A stretch of DNA of 64,000 nt from Epiperipatus broadwayi (lineage: Eukaryota; Animalia; Onychophora). A program made the translations under genes and the position numbers. The stretch is taken from NCBI GenBank assembly GCA_028023455.1, contig JAQFVV010000002.1:12152001-12216000 (forward strand). The letters are read 5' to 3'. This document shows, in pieces, positions 1 through 12,629 of the stretch; the first letter of the stretch is position 1, and each line of letters opens with the position of its first letter. The notes below the pieces were generated by a model, which was not told where the DNA came from, did no database searches, and saw only the letters and a program-made list of their open reading frames with translations.

Positions 1-1450
1 CAATTCAGTATATAGAAAATTTAACCAACTTTCTATTGGAAAAAAATATATTCAAAACTCAAAGTTTATGTCCAATCTCTTTAATTTATCTCAATGAGTC
101 CTTTTGCCATCAAAATCCTAGAATCCATACTAAAAGATAAAATAGAACCATTCATACTATCTCTACTATCCAAATTCTTATTTGCAAAAAAAGATTGTCT
201 ATTACTCAAGCAGCTTCCACTTTACAACAATCATAGACACAAAAATAAATAAATAAAAAAAATACAGCCCTATAGTAGTAAAACTAGATGTCAATTGGCC
301 TTTGACTCAGTACCATTAGATAAACTATCTAGCTCACTCATAGAAACTAAAATCCCAAAGCTTACTTATGTCTATCTTTTAACAAATCTTTTGCTAAGTA
401 GAGAAATCTATATACCATCAATGGGAAAACACCCCCTTCCCCTATTGTTCTGTATTGATAAGGATAAACCCTAATCTCACTTTTATTTACCTCTATATTA
501 ACACATTAACCAAAGGAATTGAAACCAATTATTAGGAATAGTAATACCATAGCTAAATATAACATCTCATGCATTGCCTGCAGGAGTGATCTCTCCATAT
601 TCTTAACCAATTTAAACCAATTACCACAACGACTCAATATTATCATTAACTTTAGTAATCAATTCAAACTGGATTTTAATTTGGAGAAATCATGTACCTG
701 GAAAATCTATTCCGATAACTGTCTAAAGAAAATATTCAAAGAGACACCCAAATTTTTTCTAGGTTTTTCATTTTATCTCACCAAATATGCAATTCACATA
801 TAAATACAAGAGATACTCATAAAGAATATACAACAGATCATTCAGCCACGTTCAAAAGCTAATCTAGGGCTTTATGCAAAAACTTTTTTATTTAGCATAA
901 TAGCCCTGCTATAATCCCATTATAATTTTCCCAAAAATTTATCAGGCATGTATACACTGTGTCCAGTCAACTACTCTGGAATAAAAAAACAGGAACAATC
1001 TCAATTAAAAATGTTCCAATGCATACACAATGGACTTGGACTATATAATCTTCATATATTTACAAAAAAAAAATGTCAATGCAATCTCTGCAGTTGTGAA
1101 GAATCTTTCAAATTTCATGCATGCTTTTAAAACCACATCAGCTAACTGGTCAACCTTCCCACAGTGGCTATTGAAAGGTTATAATTGAGCCTCTACTTAA
1201 ATATTCAAACATTCCAATTCTGCCCTACTAAAAATAATACATTTTGGGGGATTCTATTTTCATCTCTATGCCACCACAGCTCCCATATAAGAAACCAAAT
1301 TATACATCAAAAACAAGAAATTCTGCCAAAAATATAAACACTGGTCACTAGAACCAAAGTACTTTGACTTTCTACTGAAATCAAACTTAAAAGCTCTATC
1401 CATCCTACATTTTCTAAAATGTAAAAGAACCCATGAAAATGCAAAAGATT
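1..1450 (+). mobile_element. Decayed non-LTR retrotransposon (L1/Tx1-like), RT plus C-terminal CCHC remnant
   Basis: Frameshifted motifs in expected order: AFDSV (298-312), G.HPLPLLFCI (about 424-456, the QG.PLSPLLF motif), FKLDFNLEKS, PRSKANLGL (GGLGL-like, about 845-872), CNLCSCEES..H (1080-1120). Many stops; boundaries approximate. Confidence 0.72.
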
Positions 1451-1671
1451 AATGTAATGCTATGACATGAGACATCAGAAACACAGTACCATATTTTCAT
1501 ATTTTATCCAAAGTCGATAACATCTGTAACCTTATTCCAGTAATATCAAAAAAAACCAATGACTTAAATGTTAATCACAATCCAAAATCCTTTGAAAAGG
1601 GATCTTTCCTAAGCATATGAGGTTATATTCATATTATACACTTTTTGGTGCACAAAATGCATTTTCATCAA

Positions 1672-1723
1672 GCATTAGTGGCCTAGTGGTTAGCATAGCT
1701 GCCTTCCAAGCAGCTGGCCTGGT
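1672..1723 (+). pseudogene. tRNA-Gly(TCC)-derived sequence, 3' truncated
   Basis: GCATTAGTGGCCTAGTGGTTAGCATAGCTGCCTTCCAAGCAG matches the 5' two-thirds of metazoan tRNA-Gly-TCC, with anticodon arm CTGC-CTTCCAA-GCAG. The T arm is lost into low-complexity sequence. Confidence 0.75.
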
Positions 1724-1930
1724 CCCCCCCACCAATCATTATAAAAAAAAAAAAAATATTTTTTTTTCAAAAAACCCCCCCCACCCTCTTAAAAAAAAAA
1801 AAAAAAAAATACAAAAAAAAAAAAAGGAAAAAACCAATAAAAACACACCAATTAAAAAAAAAATAAAAAAATTTTTCCCCATAACATTAACAAAAGAACC
1901 CCAAAACCACCAAAAAAAAAAATCAAATTT
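1724..1930. other. Homopolymer-rich low-complexity tract, probable sequencing or assembly artefact
   Basis: Abrupt alternation of long A, T and C runs with almost no G, typical of read dephasing after a homopolymer. It explains the Lys-rich ORF 1617..1976. Confidence 0.6.
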
Positions 1931-3150
1931 GTTACTTTTAGTGAAATGCAGAACAAAGCAAGACTGTTACTCATAACTACAGATGTAAATAATGGCTTCT
2001 GTAAATCACCTGCAAATTTTTTATTACCTGTAAACTGAATTATACTGTTTCAACTAAATGACACCAGTTTTTCTTTATTACCACAGGTGGTCCAAATAGA
2101 AAACTGCAACTTTTTTCATACTCTAATAAAGTCCTTTGAAAGATGATGATGATAATAGTAATAATAGTAGTAAAAGATAATACATATTAAATTCTAGGTG
2201 TTTTCTTTTGAAAAAGAATCCACATAAAAGTTTTAATCCAAAAACTTGACAATTTTTTGAAATTCTTACTATCAGTTCTAGAATAAATCTATGTTCCTCT
2301 TAAATCAGTATCAGAGATATACAAAAGCAAAACGTTTTCCCTCTCCTATCATAACCTAATTTCAATCTAATGTTATATTATAGAAACTCATTCTTTAAAT
2401 TATGAATTAATATATCAGATAATAAAACTTTGATATGAAGTAATTACATAAATGTTTTTCTAAATATCCTCTTTAGAAATTTAAACTTATTTTATCTAAA
2501 ACTATATGTTAAGTTCCAGCATTACAACATATATAGAAAACCTTTTAAGTCAATATATTTTTGAATCAGATAAGACTCAAAATCATCTTTAGTATAAAAT
2601 ATGTTAGCTGACCTTCTAGTAGGAGATGCACTTGAAAAGAAATATGTATTTAAACAAATCTAAAATGAACAAAGTTGATAAGTGAGACCCAATTATATTT
2701 TTCAAAACAAGTTTAATCCATACTAACAAAAAATAATAATTCAAGAATTATGAAACTTCAGAGAAATGGCATTTCTTACAACACTTTTAAATTAAAGTTC
2801 TTGATCTGTTGAAACTAGTAAACAAGATAGTTTAAACTTTCTTATTAATAGTTTTATAGAGATAGGGTTGATAATTTCATAGTTTCAATTTGAAATAAGC
2901 TTATAGTTTCTGTGAAATATTTACATTATTTTTCAAATATATCTATCAGCAAAAAATATCTGGTTAAATAATTATTATTTACAGAGCTGATATTGTTATG
3001 TTATTTTAAAATAGCCAATCAAAATGTTAGAGATAAAACAATGAAAATAATAAAGTATAAATTTCAATTTTTTAAAACAACATAAAGATCTTTGATGACC
3101 TGATACCATATTCATATGAACATAATTTCAAAATTATAAGTTCATCACAA

Positions 3151-3520
3151 ATACAATTTATCCAAACCACTTCAAATACTTTTTAGCAAAACTCTTTATT
3201 TGTACGTTTCGACTGTCCTGCAGTCTTCTTCAGAACTATGATATAATGAACAAAATAAAACAAAATACATAACTATATAAAAAATAAAATAATAAAAACA
3301 ACATAAAATATATTTTTAAAAAAACTAATAAAATTGAAATAAATAATCAAACTTAAATAAAACAATTAATATAAAATAAAATGTACAACATAAATAGAAA
3401 ATAAATATAAATTATACATGTGTATCCCTAACTGTATACATATATATATAGGTGTATGTATATATGTACAAATAAAGAGTTTTGTTAAAAAGTGTTCAAA
3501 GTGGTTTGGATAAATTGTAT
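3151..3520. repeat. 55-bp inverted repeat pair (3151-3205 / 3466-3520) adjoining a hammerhead; PLE-type end
   Basis: Arms match at 51/55 positions, all differences being transitions. The left arm runs directly into the HHR. Confidence 0.85.
3198..3238 (-). ncRNA. Type I hammerhead ribozyme motif, PLE-type
   Basis: Minus strand CTGAAGA-A-GACTG-CAGGA-CAGTC-GAAA-CG-TA: intact core, 5-bp helix II, ACGT palindromic helix III. Predicted cleavage between 3203 and 3202. Helix I pairing is poor. Confidence 0.75.
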
Positions 3521-3609
3521 TCATAGGATATTACAGCAAAATAAAGAAAAGTGTGATTTTGGTAAATTTCCCACTATTTCCTGAATCTTCATCCACAAAT
3601 GTATAAGCT

Positions 3610-3629
3610 CACACACACACACACACACA
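3610..3629. repeat. (CA)n microsatellite
   Basis: About 10 perfect CA units. Confidence 0.95.
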
Positions 3630-4769
3630 AAAAAAAACCAATAAACATATTTTAAAATTTAATAAGCATCTTCTGATAACAAAAAATAAAAAAATGGAAA
3701 CAAAAAACATATAAATGCTTTTTTAAATCTAAAAAGCAAAAGAAAAAAAATCATGGTAGAATAATTTATAAAAAATAAAATAAAATAATAACCTCTCTCC
3801 AGATCTTAAAGATATTTGTATTGCAAAAATAAAGAAGACAGAAAAGACTATAATCATTATCAGTAAAAATCTTTGTTATCTGATGTATTGTTGTTACTTC
3901 AAGCCCTAGATGAGTAGTTGACAGAGACTTAGTGTGACTTTAGACAATCAAAAAACATTTTATAGAAATGATTTTTGTTTACGAGACAAGTAGCAGAAAA
4001 ATACGATTTTTATATTGCTTTTGTTGATTTAGTATTTAACTCAAACTAGAAAGTTTGAGATAGTGTTTATAAGTAACTTATTATACATAGAAGTATATTC
4101 ATATTATATAGATGTTAAATGCTTTATTAGCGTTAGTGAAAAATTTGAAACAATTGAGATGAAAATTAGTACTGAACAAAAGTTTATACTATCTCCAACT
4201 TTTTTTCTACTCTTATGAAAACAGTATTTACAGCAGGGATTTAAATGTAATTTTTAATTTGAATTGATAAAAAGTAAAAATAAAATGTCATTTTTGAAAC
4301 TCCTATATTTATACTAAAAGTGATGATTGTGTTACTTTTTTCAATTCAAAGAAGAATCTACAGAACTTTTTTTAATGTAATATTACAAAAATTTTAATTT
4401 AGTAATTAATATTCAAAATCCCCAGATATTTTATTATCCAATAATAGAGAAAAGGAACTTTAGACAAAGGTGGTTGTCAGATTACCTTCAGTTTAAATAT
4501 TTGGTAGCATTTTTAAGCAAAAGATAAATTTGATTGCTGAGATATAATACAGATTTCAGTATCATGTTTCTACATTTGATAAGTAAAAAAAAATACTTCA
4601 CCATAGTAATTACAACTACTCAAACTAAATTAGTTGTATATAAGCCTAATATTCTGTCAAGTTTACTATACTAAAATAAGACATACATTCTTATTAATCT
4701 GTCATATCTCACCTGATCTTCAAATAATGGACTAGTCTACATTCCATTCTATTTAAATCAGGTTGAAAA

Positions 4770-5430
4770 TTCTTTGTCATGAACCTATGTGTACATAGAT
4801 ATACAATGTGTAGCCAATGGCAAGAACAAGCCAATAGGTGATGATGCTCATTGAATCCAAATGTTTCTAATAAGGATGATGATCTGGCAATAAATAGTCA
4901 GCCTTTTTGATAGTAGGATAAGAGATATACAGTCACAAAGCTGAAAGACAGAATTCATGTTCTCCATACATGTTCTGCAGAGAACTACCTGAAAGATAGA
5001 ATACACATTCTTCACAGAACTACCACCACGGAGCTGAAAGGCAAATACTCCATTCTCCAGACAATAGCAGTTAAGCCAAATGATTAATGCAATGAGATAA
5101 GTCCACATTCAGTACTGGAAGCTGCTAGAACCCAAACACTGGCATGAGTTAAGCTGTTATAGTACAGCTGGAAGCAGTAGGAAACTTATAATGACAATTA
5201 CAGTCCCTTTTCCCACAGTTCACTCCAGAACTAGGAGCTATACCTTGCCAACAGTATAGCATGTTGAGTATAGCTATTGTAAAATATATTGTAAATATGA
5301 GTATATATTTGTTTTCATATTCGGTAATAAAGGTAATATAAGAAACATATTTACATGTACTTATATTTATATGAGTCTGTGTTTATTAAATCACACATAT
5401 ATAATCCAGACTAAACACAACACTAACATA
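4770..5430 (+). mobile_element. Possible Ty3/Gypsy integrase C-terminus followed by a candidate LTR (about 5261-5428)
   Basis: Weak translations ANGK (YR.TP..NGKSPAE-like), RYTVTKLKDRIHVLH with LKDRIH.LH duplicated, HSRTRS..LP, then a TGT...ACA segment. No second LTR or polypurine tract seen. Confidence 0.3.
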
Positions 5431-6181
5431 ATTGCATCCAAGGATGCTCAATAACATCCTAAATTGTTTGAGACTGTAAAATCAATCTGTATGGTCTTCA
5501 CCTCTCCATTACTAAAAAAGTATATCTTCATTGTGCTGGGTCTTTAAAATATTTTGTGATGGTGAATATGGTTATTTTACAGAGGAAAATTCTGTTTATA
5601 TTACACAATTTATCTCAAAGTTGTTTTTAAAATTGTAATATTGGTGATTCTCATTGGAAAGTTATGGCTGGGATAAAATAAAATGGAAAACTACAATTAG
5701 ACAAAGTATTAAATAGTCTTTCTTTAAGAACAGTTATTTTACAATGAACAAAGCAATAAAATTGATTTTTTTTTTAACTTAATGGGTAGTGAGTACAAAT
5801 AAAAACAGATTCTAATTACAAATAATTTTTAAATATTTTTTAATCTTAGTAAAAGTGCAATCAAAACTAAAGTTTTTAAAGACAATATATAAATTACTAT
5901 GAATTTTATCTGAAGTATATCATTATATACAAAAAATAGAAACATCAAAGACTTCAATTTGATATATAATCTCTTCATGAACAATGAGTTCTCATAATAA
6001 TCAAACATCAATGATCATAGGTTTTCCTGAAAGTTTGTCATGGTATTTTATTTATCCTAATCAAAAAATGAAAAATATTATCATATACATCTCTGATTGA
6101 TATGGATAACATGATATACAATTAAGACTATTGTAAGTATACATAACAAATTAATGTTTTTGTCTCTTAGTTATGGCAATC

Positions 6182-6203
6182 TAGATAGATAGATAGATAG
6201 ATA
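6182..6203. repeat. (TAGA)n microsatellite
   Basis: About 5 perfect units. Confidence 0.9.
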
Positions 6204-9200
6204 AAACATCTTCCTTTTTGCTTTTATTCTGATACTGAAATGAGTAGTTTTTAGATTTATGCTTTAGATAGCCATCATTATAATTACTAGTGCAAACTCC
6301 AGTTAAATACAATTATATCTCTGTTATCCACTTATGCTATACATATTCAGATGGGTATAAGTAATGTATTAAGTAATGGCTATTTAATAACGGGTTGATG
6401 TAGTTATTATATGAACTATATTGCATGTTTTTATTATCATTATCAGTGAATGATTTACAAATATCTGGTATTGAAGATTTGGCAATATTTTTCACTATTG
6501 TCTTTTATAAACTAAAATAGCTATTTTTTAGTAACTTTATGCACGAACAAAATTCACAATATCTGTAATGCTTTAACATAGGAAATACTTTTTTCTTACT
6601 TAAAAATTTAATGGAAGGACAGTTTTCATGTTTTGCTATCAAGATTAAAAATCTTCCTCAGATTATACTTGCCTTCAATTATCAACAATTGCATGAATAA
6701 ATTTTCAAATTTTGATTTGCATAAACTGTTTTAGCTTTTGTTTTCAGTGGATCACTATTTGCTATGTAAATCCCAATGGTGTCTAAAATAATGTATTATT
6801 ATAACAGTGGTGAATTATATCCATTCTAACCGTGCCCGCCGTCGACCTCGTACCTCCACTTACAAATAAATAGATTACTATATTTAACGTCACCGGATTC
6901 TAGCTCTAATAATTAAATATTACATTAAAAATGTTTTAATAGCTCAAATTTCTTAAGAATTAACTTAGGTTCTGTTTAAAGTAAATTAACACAAAGATTT
7001 AATGTATTCATGAGACGAGAAGTGGAAATATGAGTTGGCAAGGTAGATCACATTGAGCCAATATCCCACAGGATACCACCTCAATGGCATAAGAACACTA
7101 TCCCCCCTTTATACTATTATTTCAAATAATAACTACATAGTATTCTTATGACTTTTGCAATGTCTACTTACTAAGATCTCATTTAATAACTATAATATTA
7201 ATTCTGTTATCTTTAATAATAATAATCATCATCTAGATCAATAAATTATAATCTCAGGTTCTTAATCTTTATTTATACTTCAACAAAATGCGGTAGCACA
7301 TATGGTAAAGGATTTTATGCCATATCTACTACACTGCAATTAATAACAATAATGATTACAATCTTTCTTACTTAATCAAATTGGTATAAATTTCTTTTAT
7401 TGCAAATTTATTACCATAATAAATCAATCAATATCAATATCATCTTTTGTCTTTAAACAATAAAGTAAACTAAGAAGTGGTAGTGCTTAGATAATCTGAT
7501 AAATAAAATAAGTGGCAATTAATAGCATATAATTTATCAAAATATTAGGATAGTGGATTTATGACCAATAACTTAATGCAATTTTATAATTACTTAATTA
7601 TAAGAACATCAATAATAATTAAGATCAAACATATTTTTAGTTATCTTTTGTGCAAAATTTACTTCAGTTGTTGTGAAAACACTCTGTGAATTTGTACCAT
7701 GATGTAGTGAAAACAATACCCAGACACAAGTTTTAATAAAACAAATTTAACAAAGTTTATTAACATCAAATAAATTTAAGTAAAATAAAACAAATCTATT
7801 TACATCTTATTTACAACGGATATCCTTCTTTCCTTACACATGACAAATGTTAATTCTACAATTTTGTACTTCTTTATAGTTAATCTAATCATGATACATT
7901 TTAAAAATTATTTTAGTATTTTCTTTAGGTTTATCACACTATTTATTTGAACTACTTATGGGTAACAACATTTTTTACCTTTTAAATATACTAAATTTAC
8001 AATATTCTAAATTATTTTTGTGGATCAATATTTTATAATGTCACACTTTATAATCAATATGGTCTTAAAAAAAAGAAAATTTACATTTCTTGTTACTTTA
8101 AACAAATTACACAGCATATTATTAAATATTATGAATAACTTTAATGTTTGTTCTCCCATGCTCATATAAATTATAATGCGTTTTTTTCATAAGCCATACT
8201 CCTGTATCATATTATAATGTGTTTAAATATCACCCTGTTACAATTTTCAAATATATGATAATAATTATCGAGTGTTATAGTATTTTTAAATATGCAACAC
8301 TTATCTCTTTAAAAATATAATTAATAATAAAAGAGCGTGAAAATATATTTTAATATTTTGTATATTCTCATTTGATATACTTTTACAAAAAATTATAGTT
8401 TATTTCTAAATTAAAATGATTCTATAACTTCTATTATTTAGGACATCTGTATCTTTCTTTCAATGGTTATAATCTATTCTTAGTTAACTCTTAACTATTC
8501 TTATTCCAAGTAAAATCATAACATACTTTCTAAATTATCTATTGCTTTCCCTTCAATAAAACTTATCATATACGATGTAGTAGCACGAAATACAGATTAA
8601 GATAGCGAAAGATGTATAGGATATTGGGAAGAAAGATGGATAACTTGTCTTCAATAATACTCTAAGAATGCATGGAACAGTGTGAACAGGTTCGACATTT
8701 ATTGTCTATTAACCCTTAAGATAAGAAAAATGATGTGGCAGCTATTTATTCAGCTTTACCAAACATCAAGGCAACTCACACGAAATATAAAATAACACTG
8801 TCCAAGACAACATGTGGATCAGCCATAGGGCTATATTAACTATGCTGATTCTCTCACAAAACTACTTATTTCCATTCCCTATATCATCCTAGATTTTCAT
8901 ACATCATCTTGGTTTCCAAATCACCCTTGTACTCCCAAGTCACTACTTAAATTATCTCTTTAGATTTTCACTATATCAAGCAAAAAACAACAAACAAGAT
9001 TCGCTACTATAAAATCATTTCTCTATCCCTTAAGAATAATTTATCTCGCTTTATAACACTGTATGTTCATTACCTACATTTTTGTTAAAACAATATTCAA
9101 ACATCCCAATAGGAAAAATCAATAGAAAATGTAATATAATCATCGATTATATTAAATTATTATTTATCAACAAATAAAATGACTATCGTATGCATATTTT

Positions 9201-12200
9201 CAAAAATCTAATTACATCTCAAAATGTTTCAATGTGTTGTTTTAAATGCGTTTTCCAATAATAATAATAATAAACTTTTTCACTACATTCATTCAATTTT
9301 CCGCTAATCTAAATAAATAAAACATACATTATATCATTAATAATTAAAAATGTTACCAAAATAATTGTCATCTTCGGATCAGGCTTTGCAGTAGGCTTCT
9401 TTTCCTTCGAGCATTGCAAACATACAATTACACACATATACAATTTTATTAAAAGACATTCAAACTCAAAAAAAAATATTATTTCATATAATATTATATA
9501 TCCCAAATTAATGTATTTGTTTCCCTATAACTATCTGAAACTTATTGCTTATAATAATAATATAAAAAAAATAATTCAAACCATAATCAAACATTTTCTG
9601 ACGGTAAATATTGTTTAGTCCCATAATATTTATTTTCTTCTTTTATCTGAATGTTCTTCTCTAGGATTATTAAAGTTTTAAAAATTAACTTGGTTCCTTT
9701 AATAAACTTGTTTAGACGATTTTTTTTAATTTTAGCGTTTAGCATCAGATTATTAAAATATTTTTAGTTATTTATCCCTCAAAGTTTTAAATGCGTTCTG
9801 GCAAATATTCCCTCGGCGCGTCGATGCATCTTTCTCCTTTTATTAGACTACGAATATTTAATACTTTAGGTACCAATTGCGTTTTATTGATTCAATATTT
9901 TTTTATATTCCTCGTCCGTATTTTCTCTATACAAATATTTCTCTTTAGCAAGCTTTATTTCATTCATTCTTAATTTTATGTACATTATTTTTTGATCTTT
10001 AACTATTTTTTTCTCTTTTCTAGAGTATACTTCTTTTTCGGGTCATCTTAAAGAAAGCAATTCAAATGACATTAATTTTAAAATTATATTTGTCCATTTA
10101 TTCTTAGATGAATCATAATGATTTTTATATTTTATTCTCTTTCTGAACTTTGCGCACAATGTCTTTTCATCTATATTACACGCGTAACAGCAGTTTTCCT
10201 TTGGATACACTATATAAGCGGTATCAATGAACAATATAAACAATTTTGAAATGTTATAAACTTTAAAACTGGTTTTAAAGAATCTATCCATATTTTTTTT
10301 TACTGAAAATTCCGACTGTACTTCAATAGAATTCACTGGCAGGTTCGATTAAGTTAGTGATACATAATTTATGAAAACTTTAAAAATATTTATTTTAAGA
10401 CTCTCTCTATGATTTTAAAAATTGTCAGTTAATTTGTTCTAATGATATTATTAGAACTATATTGAAAAAATTGACTAAATTGGAGAAAAGAAATTATTAG
10501 AGAGCTCAAATTTTTTTTACCTCTTCACTCGAGTCTGTCAATTCTTGTTCTCCTCGATTATACAATTAATTGGCGCGATTTTTGTTGTCTGCCCAGATCT
10601 ATCTTTTTATTGGTCAGCCCCTACTTTAGTTTGTAACATTTTCTCAAGTTTTAAAATGATGACGTAATAGACTTAAATATTAACCTATTATTATTTTTAA
10701 ATTAATTTAAACACTTTTAAAATAATTTTCAAAACAATATTTAATAAAATTATTCACTACTTATTTTTATTATGATGTTTAATAAATTCTATCCATTTCT
10801 ACTATAATATTATTTAAATACTTTAAAATATTGGTATTAATTGAAACAAGTGCTTGTATAAAATATTCCAGACAATTACGTAATCGTTTCCGGTATTTTG
10901 TCTATTTTTGTCTGTCTTAATAATTTTACTGCACTTATATTATATAAAAAAAAATTTTTATATAAAATTTTGAAGAAATAATTTAGAAAAAATATAGAAA
11001 TAAATACAATTCTCAACATCACAATATTTACTATTCAAATACATTACACTAAATTTTATTATTTAATATAGTTTATAAATTTAAATACTATATAATATTG
11101 ATTTATTCTAAGTTTTAAAGTTATTAAAATTGACTTATTAAATACATTTTTATTACTGATAGCTGTGTTATTTTAATATGGCCAGCTTTTACAACCATAT
11201 GAGCAATTCTTTACTCTTTATTTAACTAATTTTTTAAATGATTTTACGTATCAGGTATTTGCTTTAGCTTTAAATTGCACTTTACAGACTCTATAAATTT
11301 AATATATTCAATACATCAATAAATATATTCTCAAATTTAAAAATTTTTTAGTAATTGACCATTATAACTATTTCTTGACCTATAGAAAAGGGTACACTAT
11401 ATATCATTTATAATTTTATATTACAGTAAATATCTTTCTTTAAAAAAATTATACTTATAAAAAATAAACTATGATTGCTGTATATAAACATGATAATACT
11501 GAAAATGGTAATATTTTTATATTATTAGCAATTTTTTAGCTTATATGTTATGACATATTTTGAGAGGTTTCTGAAGAAGTGAAATCTGCTATTTTACTCA
11601 ATCCAGACATGGTCAATAAAAACTTCCTGTACTGCATGTATCTGTGCTTTCATGAAATGAATTTATAATTCTGTATACAAATTTCTATTAGCATCAAAAA
11701 TGTTTTTTTGGGGAGAAGGGGACTTTGACACTTTTTCATTTTTCATTTAATCAAAAATATATATATAATTTTTTTAACTTTGAGATTTTAATAGTTTTTA
11801 AAAAGTCAATAAGTTTTTTAACAAAAGAAAATCAATTTTATCAATAAAAGAAATATTTTAAATATTTTAAAATTAATTTTTTGGTATTCAAAAATTTAAT
11901 AAAAAATTTTAATAAATAAAAAATTTATTACCATTATTTTCTGAAATTAATATACCCCCCCCCACCCCATTTATGATGCAGGGTCTACTTCAAATTTTAA
12001 GAAACCTTTTCAATTCCCTTTTAACTATTGTATTTATAAAGGAGAAAAATCAATAGAGATATGAATAAATAGGAACACAATTTTTTAAAACTCTCAAGAA
12101 ACATCATACAACAATTCTAAGATTTCATTTTTAATTTATTAACTTTAACATTAGTAAAATATAAAGTTTTCTTTTTTTTTTTTAGTAAGTAAATTTCTCT

Positions 12201-12629
12201 AGCTGAAGTAATTCACAGAATTTTTTTCAATAAATCTTTTAAATATCAATAATATAATCTTATTATTTCTAAAAAACAAAATAAAAGTTTAAAAGCTTCA
12301 AACTTATATAACTTCAACATTTTGATCTGAAGACTAAACTAGAATTATCATGTTAATTTTCTTTTATCTTTATTCTGAATAATAATTTGGCAGACTCTGT
12401 AAAAGACATATTTTCAAACTTTCATTACTATTTATGATATAACAGTTTATATAATAAATTAATGACACTTTATTTCTGTAATTCATATTTTTACATAAAA
12501 ATTTACATTTTTGAATCTGACTACTATTATTTTCTTTTCCATAGATTAGTGGCTCACATAAGCTAACCCTTTTATTTTTTCTGCTACTGTTCATACTGAA
12601 ATTTCAAAAAAAAAAAGGACTCAATACCT

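Noticed and set aside
1617-1976. 119-aa Lys-rich ORF
   Set aside because: Product of the tRNA relic plus a homopolymer tract that looks artefactual.
8570-8720. GIY-YIG-like IYDVV...RCIGY
   Set aside because: Spacing and downstream residues are too weak to support a call.
11568-11592. CTGAAGA..GAAA hammerhead-like match
   Set aside because: Only 3 nt between the core strands, so helix II cannot form.
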